A stretch of 64,000 bases of DNA. It comes from Hormiphora californensis. Lineage: Eukaryota > Animalia > Ctenophora. The notes under the pieces were generated by a model that was given only the letters and a program-made list of their open reading frames with translations, did no database searches and was not told the DNA's origin. The stretch is from the NCBI GenBank assembly GCA_020137815.1, contig CM035355.1, positions 7,812,001 to 7,876,000 of the forward strand, read 5' to 3'. Shown here piece by piece: positions 1 to 12,839 of the stretch (the first letter of the stretch is position 1; the number at the start of each line of letters is the position of its first letter). The translations under genes and the position numbers were made by a program.

Positions 1-25
1 ATTTCAAACTTCCTCCCCTCGTCAG

Positions 26-893
26 GTCGGTGCGTCTGGTGCTCTATACGGTATCCTAGCCTCCCTTCTCGTTGAAGTGGTTGTCAACTGGAAGATTTAC
101 AAGAACCCATGTATTGAGTTGACCAAACTGCTCCTCCTCCTAGCCATCCTCTTCCTTGTTGGACTTCTGCCCTGGATTGATAACTTTGCTCACATTGGAG
201 GGTGAGTTGTAGAAAACAGCGGGTTGGTAATCCCCCGACTCCATCTCTAAATCGCCCATGGGCCATACCCCACCTCATATCTAACCCTAACTAACTCCCT
301 CCCTCCCTCCCCAGATTTGTGTTTGGATTCCTCACTGCCTTTGTAGTTCTGCCCCACATTAATTATAGTGCCGAGGACAGGATTGCTAAACTAGTCGTCC
401 AGATAGTCTGTGGAATTCTCGCTGTTGTTCTCTTCGCTCTTCTCTTCATTGTCTTCTATCTTGCCCAGGTAAAATTATACTGGTAAAATATGAAGTAGGT
501 CAAATGTACATAGTACTACAGTTCCTTAGTTTGAAGAACAATGATTTAGTCAGGAACCGACCGAATCAGGAAATACTGGTCCCTGATTGGCTGATAACCA
601 GTCACGTGACCTAAATAACGAGTTCTGATTGGTTGTTTACTTGTTTTGGTCGGTTCCTGATTTAGTTAACTGAATTATATATCAGTAGTATGTATTTCCG
701 CTAATATACAAATGTTACTCTTACTCGACTTGTATGATTGTTGTAGTGCTAATGATCTCCAAATCTAACATGCCCCTCTCTCTTTCCACAGGGAAGTGAG
801 TGTGAGAACTGCTCATTCCTCAACTGTATCCCTTTCACGGAATCCTTCTGCCAAGATTCCACCATGAATCTGAGACCTCGAGTTGGCAACTAA
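26..893 (+). CDS. 3' part of an iRhom/RHBDF-like rhomboid gene; exons 26-201, 315-468, 792-893 (5' exons lie outside the window)
   Basis: GT-AG spliced translation gives VGASGALYGILA...GLLPWIDNFAHIGGFVFG...LPHINY...CENCSFLNCIPFTESFC...*. LPWIDNFAH and the C-terminal CxxCxxLxCIPFT are iRhom-type motifs; intron phases are consistent. Confidence 0.9.
551..659. mobile_element. hAT-like MITE (family A, ~109 bp) in the rhomboid intron
   Basis: TIR caggaaccgaccgaa...tttggtcggttcctg; flanking duplication atttagt; nine more copies in the window. Confidence 0.9.
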
Positions 894-1780
894 ACACGCT
901 GTTACCATGCCGCGTTACCATGGAGATACCGCGTTACCATAGTGATAACACGACCAGGGAGAAAAAGACGATATTATTCCACGTATTGAGTGTGTTTGGT
1001 TGTTATTGCTAGATATCAAATAATAATAATAGATACAAGGAGCCGGGTGCTATTTTTTGAGATGCAATGAATTTATTCATTGTTTTTCAACAACTAAATA
1101 TGTTTAATACAACGATTTGATAGCTGCACTTATTTATAATATGAGATTTATATGCTGTGAGTGTACTGCGTTATTTTGTGTATCAAACAACAAAGTGATA
1201 CAGAGAGTGATATTTTGAAAAAAGGCGGTCATCTAGGTTTTGATTTATTGGAGCATGAGCTAAAATTGTTGTTTCCAATAAAATGCTAATAATATGAGAT
1301 TGATGCAGTGCGGGTTGTTTAGTGTAATTTCTGTAGTTCATTTCCCTTTAGACCGAGTTTAATCCGCTGTGTTTCATACTTTGTCCCCCCAAACAGAACC
1401 TTCTTATAACGTGCGCTGGATATTGGAATCTAGTGAGTAAAGGGGGCTAGATCAGATAGCATCAAGCCCCTCTTGCAAGATCTTGACTCGCTCAGACCCT
1501 ACCTCTTACGGGGTAAAAGCAGGGTGATGGGTACCGCGAACAGTCCAAATTCAGCCGTTATATCGAGGTTTTGTTTGCCCCGAAATGTCACTGACCATGA
1601 TATTGTATGTCAGCTGCAGGTTGGCTGTCTAGTGTCTACCTATAACTATTTCTGACTTCTGTGACTGTCTGTTTTTAGTGTTTAGCATGTCTGTATCCAT
1701 GCAGACAATGTCAGTTTCTGTCTGTCTGCCCGTTAATGTTTTTCTAATTTTGTCTGTCTGTACCTAAATGTCTGCAGACG

Positions 1781-2133
1781 TCTGGCAGCGCCGACCCGAT
1801 CCGAGTGCACTATCGCGATTCGCACTACTCGAACTAAGAATCAGAACGGGTCGGGTAGTGCATTGGTCACATTGATAGCTGGATCGATCTCACAGAGCGA
1901 GAATAGGTTGCAATGGATCCAAGGTAGTACAGTGGTTGACATGTTCCCAGGCCCAGTCTGTCGGCTCTCACGCCGGGCCGAAAAGCCCTGTAGCTGTGTG
2001 ACAGACTGCGTAGCATGGCAAGGTCTCCTATAAATTATGGCTTTGGCCACATTGATGCCTGAGTGAGATCGAGGTCGCGCAGAATAGGTTGCAATGGAGC
2101 CAAATTATGGCTCTCATCGGGTCGACGCCGCCA
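1781..2133. mobile_element. MITE with ~20-bp imperfect TIRs
   Basis: ctggcagcgccgacccgat ... atcgggtcgacgccgccag; an internal segment (gagtgagatcga...gaataggttgcaatgga) recurs inverted at ~12515-12595 and ~17045-17101. Confidence 0.65.
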
Positions 2134-3197
2134 GGCAGTATTTATGGCCGTTTCGTCATGACTGACTCACTTCCACCACCATTGCCATGCACAAGTTGGT
2201 TTCTATAGCTGATAATAATACGATCACTAGGTTTGATGAATATTTCACTTTCTATTGTTTTGTGTTACCATGTTACCATGACAACTTGGAAACAAAGCAA
2301 CATGTACCTGGCAGCCTGCATGTACCTAAATTCAGTATAATAGCTTGGCTAGTGGCTACGTCACTTTTTAAATTTTTGTGCTACATAAACTCGTGACGCA
2401 AAAGAAGGACGCAAGCTAGTACTTATTGGTTCATTTCTATCATGCATGTTGAAAGATTTGCTCTTTTCACTCGGGCCCTCCCCTGAATCCTGATCCCTCT
2501 TTGTCTCGTCACAACTCATTGCACTTAAGAGCTGGGAGGGGTACCAGCGTCCAGCATTTCTTGATTCATACTCTCGCCCTCTAGAGAGAGGCTTCTCTTT
2601 CCCTTTATCTCTATCCCTCTCTCTCCCTCTCTCTCTCCCTCTCGTTTCTCTCAGTCTCACCCTCATCCACTCTCTCTCTCTCTCATTCTCATACTGGCTC
2701 GTCGAGCATTATCGACAGTGTCCTCAGCTATCATGCATAATAAAAGTCGTGAATGCTCCTCGTCCCCCACGGTCTGTTAAAAATAGTGCCTCGTTCTCTC
2801 ATTATTATCTCGCTACCTTCTCTAAATCTCTGTTCCTCGCTCTCTTAATGTCTGTTCCTCTCAGTCGAGTTTCTCACGATCACATCTCTCTGTGAGAGTG
2901 TGTGTTCTTGTAAAGTCTTTGCCGACGGTCGTTCCATCTGATTCATTTTGTACTCGCAGTTCAACTTGTCTGTTGTAGTGTTGTACTTGTAGTTGAATGT
3001 ACCCTAACTTAGGGCGCAAGTAGTACTGAAGACAATTTCGAAGATTTTATCTAATTGGGGCTGGTGGAAGAATCGGTGGAAGAATCGCACTTCGCGTCTG
3101 AAAAAGTTGAAGCCCTCCCAAGACGACCCAGACCCAATTGGCCAATTGCCCATGCATGTTCAGCTAAACTTGTAATGCAAACTCATTTTATCTCAGG

Positions 3198-4037
3198 ATG
3201 GAGCTAGTAGCAGTAGAAACTGTATCGGACAAGGACAGTAAATGCAGGAAGAGAAAGAGATCCGTATCCCCAAACGGAAACTCCCAAAAGAAATCGACCT
3301 GCCTCCCTCAACTCATCGCTAAACATGGAGGTGAAGAGGTAAACAGAATATATTGTTTCTTGGAATGTCTATCATTTCTTTGGACCAAAATAATTTGGAT
3401 CTCACTTTCGTGATGCCGATGGTCAAATATATTGGTCCCAGGAATTTTTTATCGTAATTTACTGCACTTTACAAGAAGTTCTTGTAAAATCGCAGAAGCT
3501 CAAATTGCTACTTGAGCATTGTATCACAACATCATCATGCTGTTAAGCAGTGCATGCTGTGTGAATGCAATCTGCTCTATGAACTATCCGGATAGAGAAG
3601 GCAGCTTCTCAAGAACAGATTTGAGTATCAAATGTGAAATCAAAATGATCATTTTTCTCTCTGTTTCAATTTCATTTCTCTCTCTGTTTCAATTTCATTT
3701 CTCTCTCTGTTTCTGATCTCCTATATCTCTGTGACTATGCAAATGATCATACTTTCAGTATTTTCTCTCTGTCTCCAATATCCTCTTCTCCCCCTTGCAG
3801 GTCACACCCAACACAGAAACCTCCAAAAGTAACGGCCGATCCAAAGCTAGTACCTCCAGTACGAGGGAGAAACTACCAGTGATTGCAGAGAACGGGAAAG
3901 GAAACGGAGTGGGAGCCAAGAGTCCGACTAAGAATGGTGCTAGAAATGGGGACGGAGCTTCCGCAGCTGTGGATCTGCCCCTTGTTCTGCCTTCAGTGGA
4001 TTCCAAGACAACACGACGGTCTTCGCGTAGGGGATGA
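3198..4037 (+). CDS. Small basic, low-complexity hypothetical protein (~125 aa); exons 3198-3338, 3801-4037
   Basis: Acceptor tctcag just before ATG; phase-0 donor gag|gtaaac and acceptor ccccttgcag|gtc join two ORFs in frame; NLS-like RKRKR; no recognisable domain. Confidence 0.55.
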
Positions 4038-4202
4038 GAGGGAGATGTGTGCAGAGGTTGTTGACATGATATTGATTGTTTGGTTGTCTGTCCTGAATCC
4101 TGGAATTAAGATCGGGTCTTGAGAATTAATTGAGAGTCCCCCATTGGGACCCTGCAGAAAAAAAGTAGGCCGATTTATGTCAAAGACTTGTAGATTAAAT
4201 TT

Positions 4203-4759
4203 AGGCTCCACTTCCACTTCCAGAGACCTAGTCTATAATTGGTCTGGTGTCTATGGACTCTTAGCATAAGATTTCAAAACTGTACAGTCCTAAAAAGTCC
4301 ACTTAAATTAGTAAACATTTTACTGCTACAGTAGTGTAAAGCACTGCTACAGTAGTGTAAATCACTGCTACAGTAGTGTAAATCACTGCTACAGTAGTGT
4401 AAATCACTGCTACAGTAGTGTAAATCACTGCTACAGTAGTGTAAATCACTGCTACAGTAGTGTAAAGCACTGCTACAGTCGGACTAAGACTGTTAGTCGA
4501 ACTAAGACGAATGAGGAGAAGGTAAAAACTCCCTGTCCTTAGGCTCCACTTCCAGTTTCAGAGACCTAGTAATTGGCCTGGTTTCCATCGTGTCTATGGA
4601 GTATGGACTCTTAGCGTAGGATTTCAAAACGAAAACTGTACACTTAGTCCTAAAAAGTCCTCTTAAATTAGTAAACGTTTTACTGCTACAGTAGTATAAA
4701 GCACGCCTGCTAAGACGGACTAAGACGAAGGATGAGAAGGTAAAAACTCCCTGTCCTTA
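4203..4759. repeat. Diverged tandem duplication (4203-4540, 4541-4759); first copy holds ~7 units of the 21-bp minisatellite actgctacagtagtgtaaa(t/g)c at ~4322-4478
   Basis: Both copies start aggctccacttcca and end ggtaaaaactccctgtcctt. Confidence 0.85.
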
Positions 4760-6692
4760 CGAGAAGCTGCTAGTGTTGGAATATAATAACCGTGCTGAAA
4801 GCTGAACTGTGTGGAGAGAGAGAAAGTGTAAAACTACAGCTAATTGTGTATCATATTCTATCCTCTTTTTTTGCTAAACTTGGTTTACTTTTCAATTCCA
4901 ATAGCACAATTGTAAACTTCACTTGGTGCAGTTAGACGTTCGTTCTAATTTTCACCCATGTATAATTTTAGCTTTTAGCCATCCTTTTTTCTCTGAGAAT
5001 TTGCAATTTCCATGTTCGTCTTATAATAATACCATTGTCTTTTTCGATCCCAACTTTTCATCCCATGGTTGATGTAAAAGCAACATTTTCTCTCCATGAT
5101 CCTCCTGTCTCTAATATGTCAATAATATGTCATGTGCTATTTTCAAATCTCTATCTCATAAACTTGCACTTTCACAGTTACTCCACTGCAAAAATCCACG
5201 GGATAATTTTAGATGGCCGAGTAAATTCGTAAAACACATCATACAAATGATGCTGCCTGATGAGTAGTTTTTGGTATATTTCCTTCAATTCCAAACTCCC
5301 AATGACTGGTTTTGTTCAATCATTGAATCATTGTGCCATGTTTTTTAACCCTTTGAGGGCGATAGGTCATATATGACACGGTCCATTCTAGACCGTCTGG
5401 AAGGCGCTACATGATGTCTAGGTGGCTAATTTTTTGTCACAAGCTAGTTTTAGGGATTTTGAACCCAAAACCACGTCCAAATCTGCTCGGAAAATCGAAG
5501 AAATTTTTTTATGGCCCTTCTCGGGAGGCTAATTTAGGCCTTTTTTTAAAAACCCCTCTCAAATTTTTGTTTTTGAGGGGCACAAATAATCCTTTGAAGG
5601 GATAAAACTGCTTGACATAACAAATCGAATGCAAAAATCCGCATCAAAAAATATTGAAAATTGAATGAGTTATTAACGTTTTAGTCGTTGTATCATATAT
5701 GACTCTATCGTCCGTAACGGAATTCTAGTAACAAATGTCATTTGTGCAAAAGTATGGGTCCAATAGTTAAATTTTATGCTTTGAGACAGTCTATAGCTAT
5801 AATTTCTACAATCTTGAACGGTTTTTACTAGAAAAATACCCCAAATTCTACATTTTGTATCATATATGACTCTATCGTCCCAATTGGTAAATTCTCCAAA
5901 AACATCCATAACTCGGCCTCGGGCTAGAAAAGGAGCTAAGAGTCAAATCAGGGCACTAAACTGTGTAGAATCATCGCATTAGTGGGGGTAGAGCACATAT
6001 TTAGGTCGCTATCTTGCCCCCTAATTGAGATAATTGGATAATTAGCCAATTATCTGTCCCGCGCATGCTAATAAATGAAACTTTGCTTTGGGAAGGAGTT
6101 ATGAGGCAAATGGGGGCACTAAAATGTGTAGAATCATCACATTAGTGGGGTTAGAGCACATATGTAGGTCTCTATCTGTACCCCTAATTGAGATAATTGG
6201 ATAATTAGCTAATTAGTTGCCCTCCAGCACTAAAAAATTAAATTTGGCGGAGTATACAAGACAAATGGGGGCACTAAAATGTGTAAAATCGTCGCCTTAG
6301 TGGGGGCAGAGCACATAGCTGAGTTTCTATTCCCACTCCTAATTGAGATAATTGGATAATTAGCTAATTGACGGTTGCATAATGCCCCCTTTTCACCATA
6401 AACCGTGGTTTCTGGCTAATCCTGAGCTCTTTTGTTTAATCTAAGGCCCTTCTAACATCCCTTTACCCATTCGTATCACCTTTGACTCGTTTTACACACT
6501 AATATAGCACTCTATACAACCCTACACACCGCCTTCAGATCTTTAGAACCCTCTTGCTTAATCCTAGACCTCTCATAATTTCGAGATCCATACACCTTCC
6601 TAACCGATTTTTTTTGGGATATCCTATTTCTCCTACAAGACGTTCAACCCCTAATGTACTACAGTTTCCCATTTTATTATTGGACACACAGT

Positions 6693-8407
6693 GGCTTTAG
6701 GACTGTAACTCACCTGGACAGTAACTCGAAAGTGAGTTATTGTCCGAAAATTGGCGTCGACTTTTTTTTTCTGGTGACTTTCTGTCCGCATTATTTTCGA
6801 CTTTTTGCTAGGACAAAAAGTCGATAGCTAGGACAAAATCTCGAAATTTAAACTCACCTAGGTGAGTTATGCGGACAATAACTCAAATTTTGTTTCGAGT
6901 TGGCGGACAGAAACTCACTTGCTAAAACTACGAAAATGTCGAAAATTCTGGTGACATTTTCATTTTCCATGGCAGGTGAGTTTCTGTCCGGCTAATGAAA
7001 TAGGTTTCCAAACAGGAGTTTTGAGTTTTTTTTGTGCTAGCTATCATAATTACATTAACATTTTGCAACATTTTGTAACACTTTGTAACACTTTGTAACA
7101 CTTTGTAACGCTTGTAACACTTTGTAACATGTGCAGAAAATATTTTGTGCACGTTACATGTTACAAAGTGTTACAAAGTGTTACGTGTCACCCCCCCCCC
7201 CCCCCCAATTACAAGAGAAACAAGTTGAGTGGTTGACATAAATACACTGTAAAACCCATCTCCCATCCCTTTCTCTATTTCCCTTCATATCTCTCTTTCC
7301 CTCTCTCTATCTCTACCTCCCTTCCTCTCTCTTTTTCTCTCTCGCTCTCTCTTTTCCTCTTTCCCTCTCTCCGTGCTGCTCTTCAGAAACAGATGATGGA
7401 GTCATATTATAGGATCGGACTGGACTCAGTAGAGAGAAGTCTTGAGTCGTAATTGCATAGTGGGTATGGTGTCGATAAGGAGGAAGGATCCACAATCAGT
7501 AGGTCTCGCTGTGATAGATTGTCGAGGATAGGTGGGTAGCTATAGGCAGGTCGGGAACAGATTGGAGAGGAGAAAAAACCACTGCGAGTGATGAACAGCT
7601 CTCTTTGTCTCTCCATCTCTCTTCCTCTCTCTTTGTCTCTCCATCTCTCTTCCTCTTTGAACGGTGTGATAGATTGTCGAGTGAAGGATAGGTGAGTCAC
7701 TGAGTAGGAGAGCAGCTGCAGCATGCAGCTAGGCTGGTTGGGAACAGATTGGAGAGGAGATATAGACCACTGCAGGTGATGAACGATGACTCATTGGATG
7801 ACTCATTGGATGAGAGATCCGAGATGGGAATTAAGCCCGGGAGCTAGAGAGACAAAGAGAAGCAGAGCTCAACCAATGTATGAGTGAACAACGAGAACTG
7901 AACTAGCCCGCCCTTTCTCCCCTCTCTCTCTCTCTCTCTGTCAGGCTCTCTCTACAACTTTGCATCCCTCTCTCTGCCAACGACGCCGCCATGTCTTCCC
8001 GCCTTTTTCTCTCTATGCATGAAGTGAGTTCTAGTCCGGACAGAAAATCGAAAAAGCGGACAAAAACTCACATATTTCCCCGCCCTTTCCCTGTCACTCT
8101 TGTTCCCCCTGTCTACCGAAAGTGAGTTGTAGTCCGAATTTGTGAGTTTAGAGGGCGGACAAAAAGTCGAATTTCGACATTTCTAGCGGACAGAAACTCA
8201 CCTTGGCCCCCACAACTCGAATAGGTGAGTTAGTGTCCGCCCGGACTCTAACTCACCGTAAATAGTGCTAAACAGTGGGGTGGACAGAAACTCACCTGAT
8301 CCGGACTATAACTCACCTAAATTCGACATTTTCAAAAGTGAGTTATAGTCCGAAATTTTCGAGTTCGAGTTCGAGTTATCGTCCGTTCGAGTTTCTGTCC
8401 GGTACCC
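6693..8407. mobile_element. Non-autonomous DNA transposon with GG termini and 8-bp TSD (Merlin/MULE-like), nested
   Basis: cacacagt on both sides; both ends are built from many ggaca(g/a)aaactc(a/g) subrepeats in both orientations. Confidence 0.65.
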
Positions 8408-8522
8408 CACACAGTTTAGATTCCCCCTATATCATTTCTTCTCATCACTCTCACAATCTCATTTGCCACTAAGGAAACTTCTCATGAACTCCATCGGAAA
8501 TTAAGATGATCTGTAGAAGGCG

Positions 8523-9152
8523 TTTAGTTTGGTAACGAAGTTACCCCTCCCTTGCCGGCGCGGCGTGCGAAGCACGCCAAACGAAGGCCGCGAAGCGGCC
8601 TGAGTAGGGGTAACAAACCCGCTTTGATTCACTTCAAAAATTAATAGCTCCTCAACCACTCAATGAAAATGCACCAAATTTTGGTATTCCCCACCAAATT
8701 GTCTGAAAATTATAATTCTGTACTCATATTTAAAAAATTATCCCCGGAACCTTGGTTTTGAAATCAGTTTTAGGTGTTAATGATGAAAAAAATTTTTGAA
8801 AAAGTAGGTCAGGTATGCTTAACATCATATCAAAGATCGTGGCAAAGTTTGAAGTTTCTATCTTGAAAGGTCTGGCCATCAAAATTAAAAAGGTCTTGAA
8901 GTTGAACCATTTGTACAAAACATGTTGTAACTCAGCTTCTACTTTGCCAAATTAAACCTGGTTTGAAACACTGAACTGCTAATCTATCTCTCCGAATACG
9001 GACGAAGTTTGAAACCGCCAGCTCTATTGGCCGCTCTGCAATACTTGTTTGTGTCAAAGAAATCAGGAAAGTAACGAGATTTGGTCTCGGTGTGGCCCTG
9101 TGCGCGGCTCAAACCCCTTACCTAGAACTATGTAGTGTAGACTACAACTTTT
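8523..9152. mobile_element. Helentron/HINE-like non-autonomous element, nested
   Basis: T-rich start followed by GAA-loop hairpins (ggtaacgaagttacc, gcgtgcgaagcacgc, ggccgcgaagcggcc); ends in hairpin gtagtgtagactac then tttt; no TIR or TSD. Confidence 0.45.
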
Positions 9153-9155
9153 CAG

Positions 9156-10493
9156 GGTGTCCTCCACGAAACTAAATTCAGTTTAGTGTTGAAATTTAGA
9201 TGTCAAGTTAGTGAGCGACTAATATCTCGCTAAATTTTAGATAACCGTCCACGAACAACATGTTTCGAGGCTTGGTCCGACCCATGTGATACTGAGGTGT
9301 TATACATGTGATAGAATGCGACACCCAATGGGCACTCTCTCTTTTCCATCACGTGAAGATATCAGCGTGACATACAATAACGTGGAACGTAATGTGTGAA
9401 TTGAGATAGAGATCCACTGGCCAATCAGGACACTTGATTCTCAATGTGCGATAATTAATAGCCAGTGCCACACCTGAGAGGGGGATAACGAGAGGGGCAA
9501 TGGGCATAATGAAAGGGGGAACCGGGAATGAGAGATTGGGAGATACTGATAGGAGGGAAAGAGAAAGAGAATGAGATATGAGAATGAGTTTGGGAAAGAG
9601 GGGAGAATGAGAGGGGGAAATTAGAGGGGGAATGAGAGGGGGATAATGAGCGGGGGAGTGAAAGATTGGGATATAGTGGGAATGAGAGGGGGAATGAGAG
9701 GGGGATGAGAGATGGGAATGAGTTTGGGAGAGAAGAGGGAATGAGATGGGAGAATGAGAGTGGGGACTGAGATTGGGAGAGAGGGGAATGAGAGGGGAAT
9801 GAGAGAGAAGGAGAGAGAGAGAGAGGCTATAAGAGAGATATATGTACTTACTTTTGATACTTTTGCTATGATTTTGCTAGTTAAACATAATACAGGCAAT
9901 TCTATCCGGTATAATATTTCATTTTGGCCCCCTAGTACATATCTTGAGAAGTACTGTCTAATTATACTCTTTCATATATATCCTCTCATATTTCTGGAAT
10001 ATGCACATAAGGAATTCTCTCTCTCCCTCTTATCTCGTTCCTTTAAAATGATTTTTTTCAATTTTAAACAATTTCAATATCTCAAGTTCATCATGTAAGC
10101 ATGTATGTCAAAGACAGTCGTGGCCATTTTGGCAATTTTGGGTCATTTTGGGGTCGTTTTGGGAACGCATTTCCACAATAGTAAAATTTAGTTTCAATTT
10201 AGACAGCCTTTGGGTTGGCTAAATTCTCAGCCTGTTTAGTCTAAATTTTAGTGTTATGTTAGTGGGGCTTATATGGGTTCAGTGTGAAATGGGGCGTGAA
10301 AACACGTGACTTGTACCACGTGGAGGGGGTTTTAGTATGGAACTAATCCCTCTCTAAAACCCTACTCAAAGCACAAAAAACAAACACTAATTCTGTAGTT
10401 CGTGGACGAAATCGATAGAGCTCTCCAATTTTCACACTCAAAAGGCCTAATTAGTCGAGATCTAAAAGTTTAGTACGGTTCGTGGAGGACACC
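9156..10493. mobile_element. PIF/Harbinger-like MITE, nested
   Basis: TIR ggtgtcctccacgaa...ttcgtggaggacacc with 3-bp CAG duplication. Confidence 0.75.
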
Positions 10494-12041
10494 CAGTGCT
10501 CAGTATAACGTTTTGGGCGCGCTATAAAAATAGGGCAAGCCCTTCTGATACCTCTAAACAGAGTGTGAGGTGTCTTCGATACCAAGCGTTTAGTATGGTG
10601 TATGAGAGGTCTAGCTAGGAGTAGGATGAAGCAAGGGGGTTGTACAGAGCTGAAGTCGGCGTCTAGGGTTGTATAGAGTGCTATATTAGTGTGTAAAACG
10701 AGTCAAAGGTGATACACATGGGGTAAAGGGATGCCAAAAGATCCTTAGATTGAACAGAAGAGCTCAGAAACCACGGTATATGGTGAAAAGGGGGCATTAT
10801 GCAACCGTCAATTAGCTAATTATCCAATTATCTCAATTAGAAGCGGGAATAGAAACTCAGCTATGTGCTCTGCCCCCACTAAGGCGACGATTTTACACAT
10901 TTTAGTACCCCCATTTGTCTTGTATACTCCGCCAAATTTAATTTTTTAGCGCTGGAGGGCAACTAATTAGCTAATTATCCAATTATCTCAATTAGGGGTA
11001 CAGATAGAGACCTAAATATGTGCTCTAACCCCACTAATGTGATGATTCTACACGTTTTAGTGCCCCCAATGGGGGCCCCCCATTTGCCTCATAACTCCTT
11101 CCCAAAGCAAAGTTTCATTTATTAGCATGCGCGGGACAGATAATTGGCTAATTATCCAATTATCTCAATTAGGGGGCAAGATAGCGACCTAAATATGTGC
11201 TCTACCCCCACTAATGCGATGATTCTACACAGTTTAGTGCCCTGATTTGACTCTTAGCTCCTTTTCTAGCCCGAGTTATGGATGTTTTTGGAGAATTTAC
11301 CAATTGGGACGATAGAGTCATATATGATACAAAATGTAGAATTTGGGGTATTTTTCTAGTAAAAACCGTTCAAGATTGTAGAAATTATAGCTATAGACTG
11401 CCTCAAAGCATAAAATTTGACTATTGGACCCACACTTTTGCACAAATGACGTTTGTTACTAGAATTCCCTTACGGACGATAGAGTCATATATGACACAGT
11501 GGGCCCAGCAAAAACTACATGTCGAAACTTCAAATTTCTTTTTCGAGGTAGTTTGTGGTAATAATATCTACATACTTATAAACGAAAAATTAGAAAAATC
11601 TATCGAGCCAATCCTTCTCGCCCTTAAAGGGTTAATTGATTGCAATTTCCTGTTGTGTTCCATCTAAAACAAGAATTTTAATTACTAATCATTAGCCCAA
11701 ACTGGATTGATGATCCTGTGACCTAATTTAAATAGAGAATGGTTCAAAATAACACTGTGATTCACAGGAAGGAAGAAATGAAGTTGTGTCCATCTTTTTG
11801 TGAGATTTAGAACAGTTAGATTTATATTAGAACAGTTAGATTTATATTAGAACAGTTAGATTTGAAGCAATTATTTAGAGTCAATCTCTAGTTCATCAAA
11901 TTAGGAGTTGAACCAGTTTACAAACATGAACATGTGAGAATGAGCTATGCCAACAATTTCTTATGAAATGTAATTTCGTTGCTTTCGCTTCACACATTTT
12001 GTTTCTCTCTCACTTCCTACCATTCTACCTATCCCTATCGA

Positions 12042-12084
<43 letters not shown>

Positions 12085-12760
12085 CTCTCTCTCTCTCTCT
12101 CTCTCTCCCCCCCTCTCTCTCCCGTCTCCATATCTCTCTCCCTATTTCCCTATCTTTTGTGGCGAAAGATGGCTAATATTGTTAGAGCGGTTTGGTACAG
12201 TAGGTGAAGTTCATGGTTTATATGGCTGCTGCTGCTGCTGGTAGTGGTACACAAACTTGACAATTCAGAACCCTGATATCACTGTACTTGTAAATATACC
12301 TTCAAAAAGCAGAATTTTATAGTGATATCAGTTTTCATTTCACTTCGTTATATTCTCCATTTGTCCATTTGTGAATAGTAGTTTCCTGTTTTGGAATTTT
12401 AGAGAGATATCTATGTAGCTGACCCCTGATCCCTTTGAATTGTTCACACAAACGACTCAATGATCTTATTGATCCCTTTGACTGTTGGCTCTCACACCGG
12501 GAAGTTGGCTCAACTCCATTGCAACCTATTCTCGCTGAGAGATCGATCTCAGTCGCGCGCGACGTCGATCTCACTCAGGTATCAATGTGGCCAAAATCTT
12601 CATGACGTCACACACACACACCACGTCACACACTGTCACTAGTGCAGCAGGGAGTTGTTGTGAGGTGTTTCTTCTTATGCCGGTACTTGTCAACCTTGTT
12701 AGGGAGCTGCTGCACAGTACTTGCAGTGGAGAAACAACAAGGAAAAACGTGTTACCTCAC

Positions 12761-12839
<79 letters not shown>

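Larger units (their letters stand above)
5349..11631. mobile_element. Non-autonomous piggyBac-type foldback element with ~0.9-kb internal inverted arms (~5690-6578 and ~10601-11498) and three nested insertions
   Basis: TTAA|ccctttgagggcga ... tcgcccttaaaggg|TTAA; arms are near-identical reverse complements with three internal subrepeats (ctaattgagataattggataattagc); no transposase ORF. Confidence 0.85.

Noticed and set aside
4322-4478. Regular 21-bp repeats that look CRISPR-like
   Set aside because: No unique spacers, eukaryotic context; ordinary minisatellite
5673-11667. Near-identical ORFs MDVFGEFTNWDD... at 5673-5909 (-) and 11278-11667 (+)
   Set aside because: By-product of the inverted arms of the piggyBac-type element; no domain recognised
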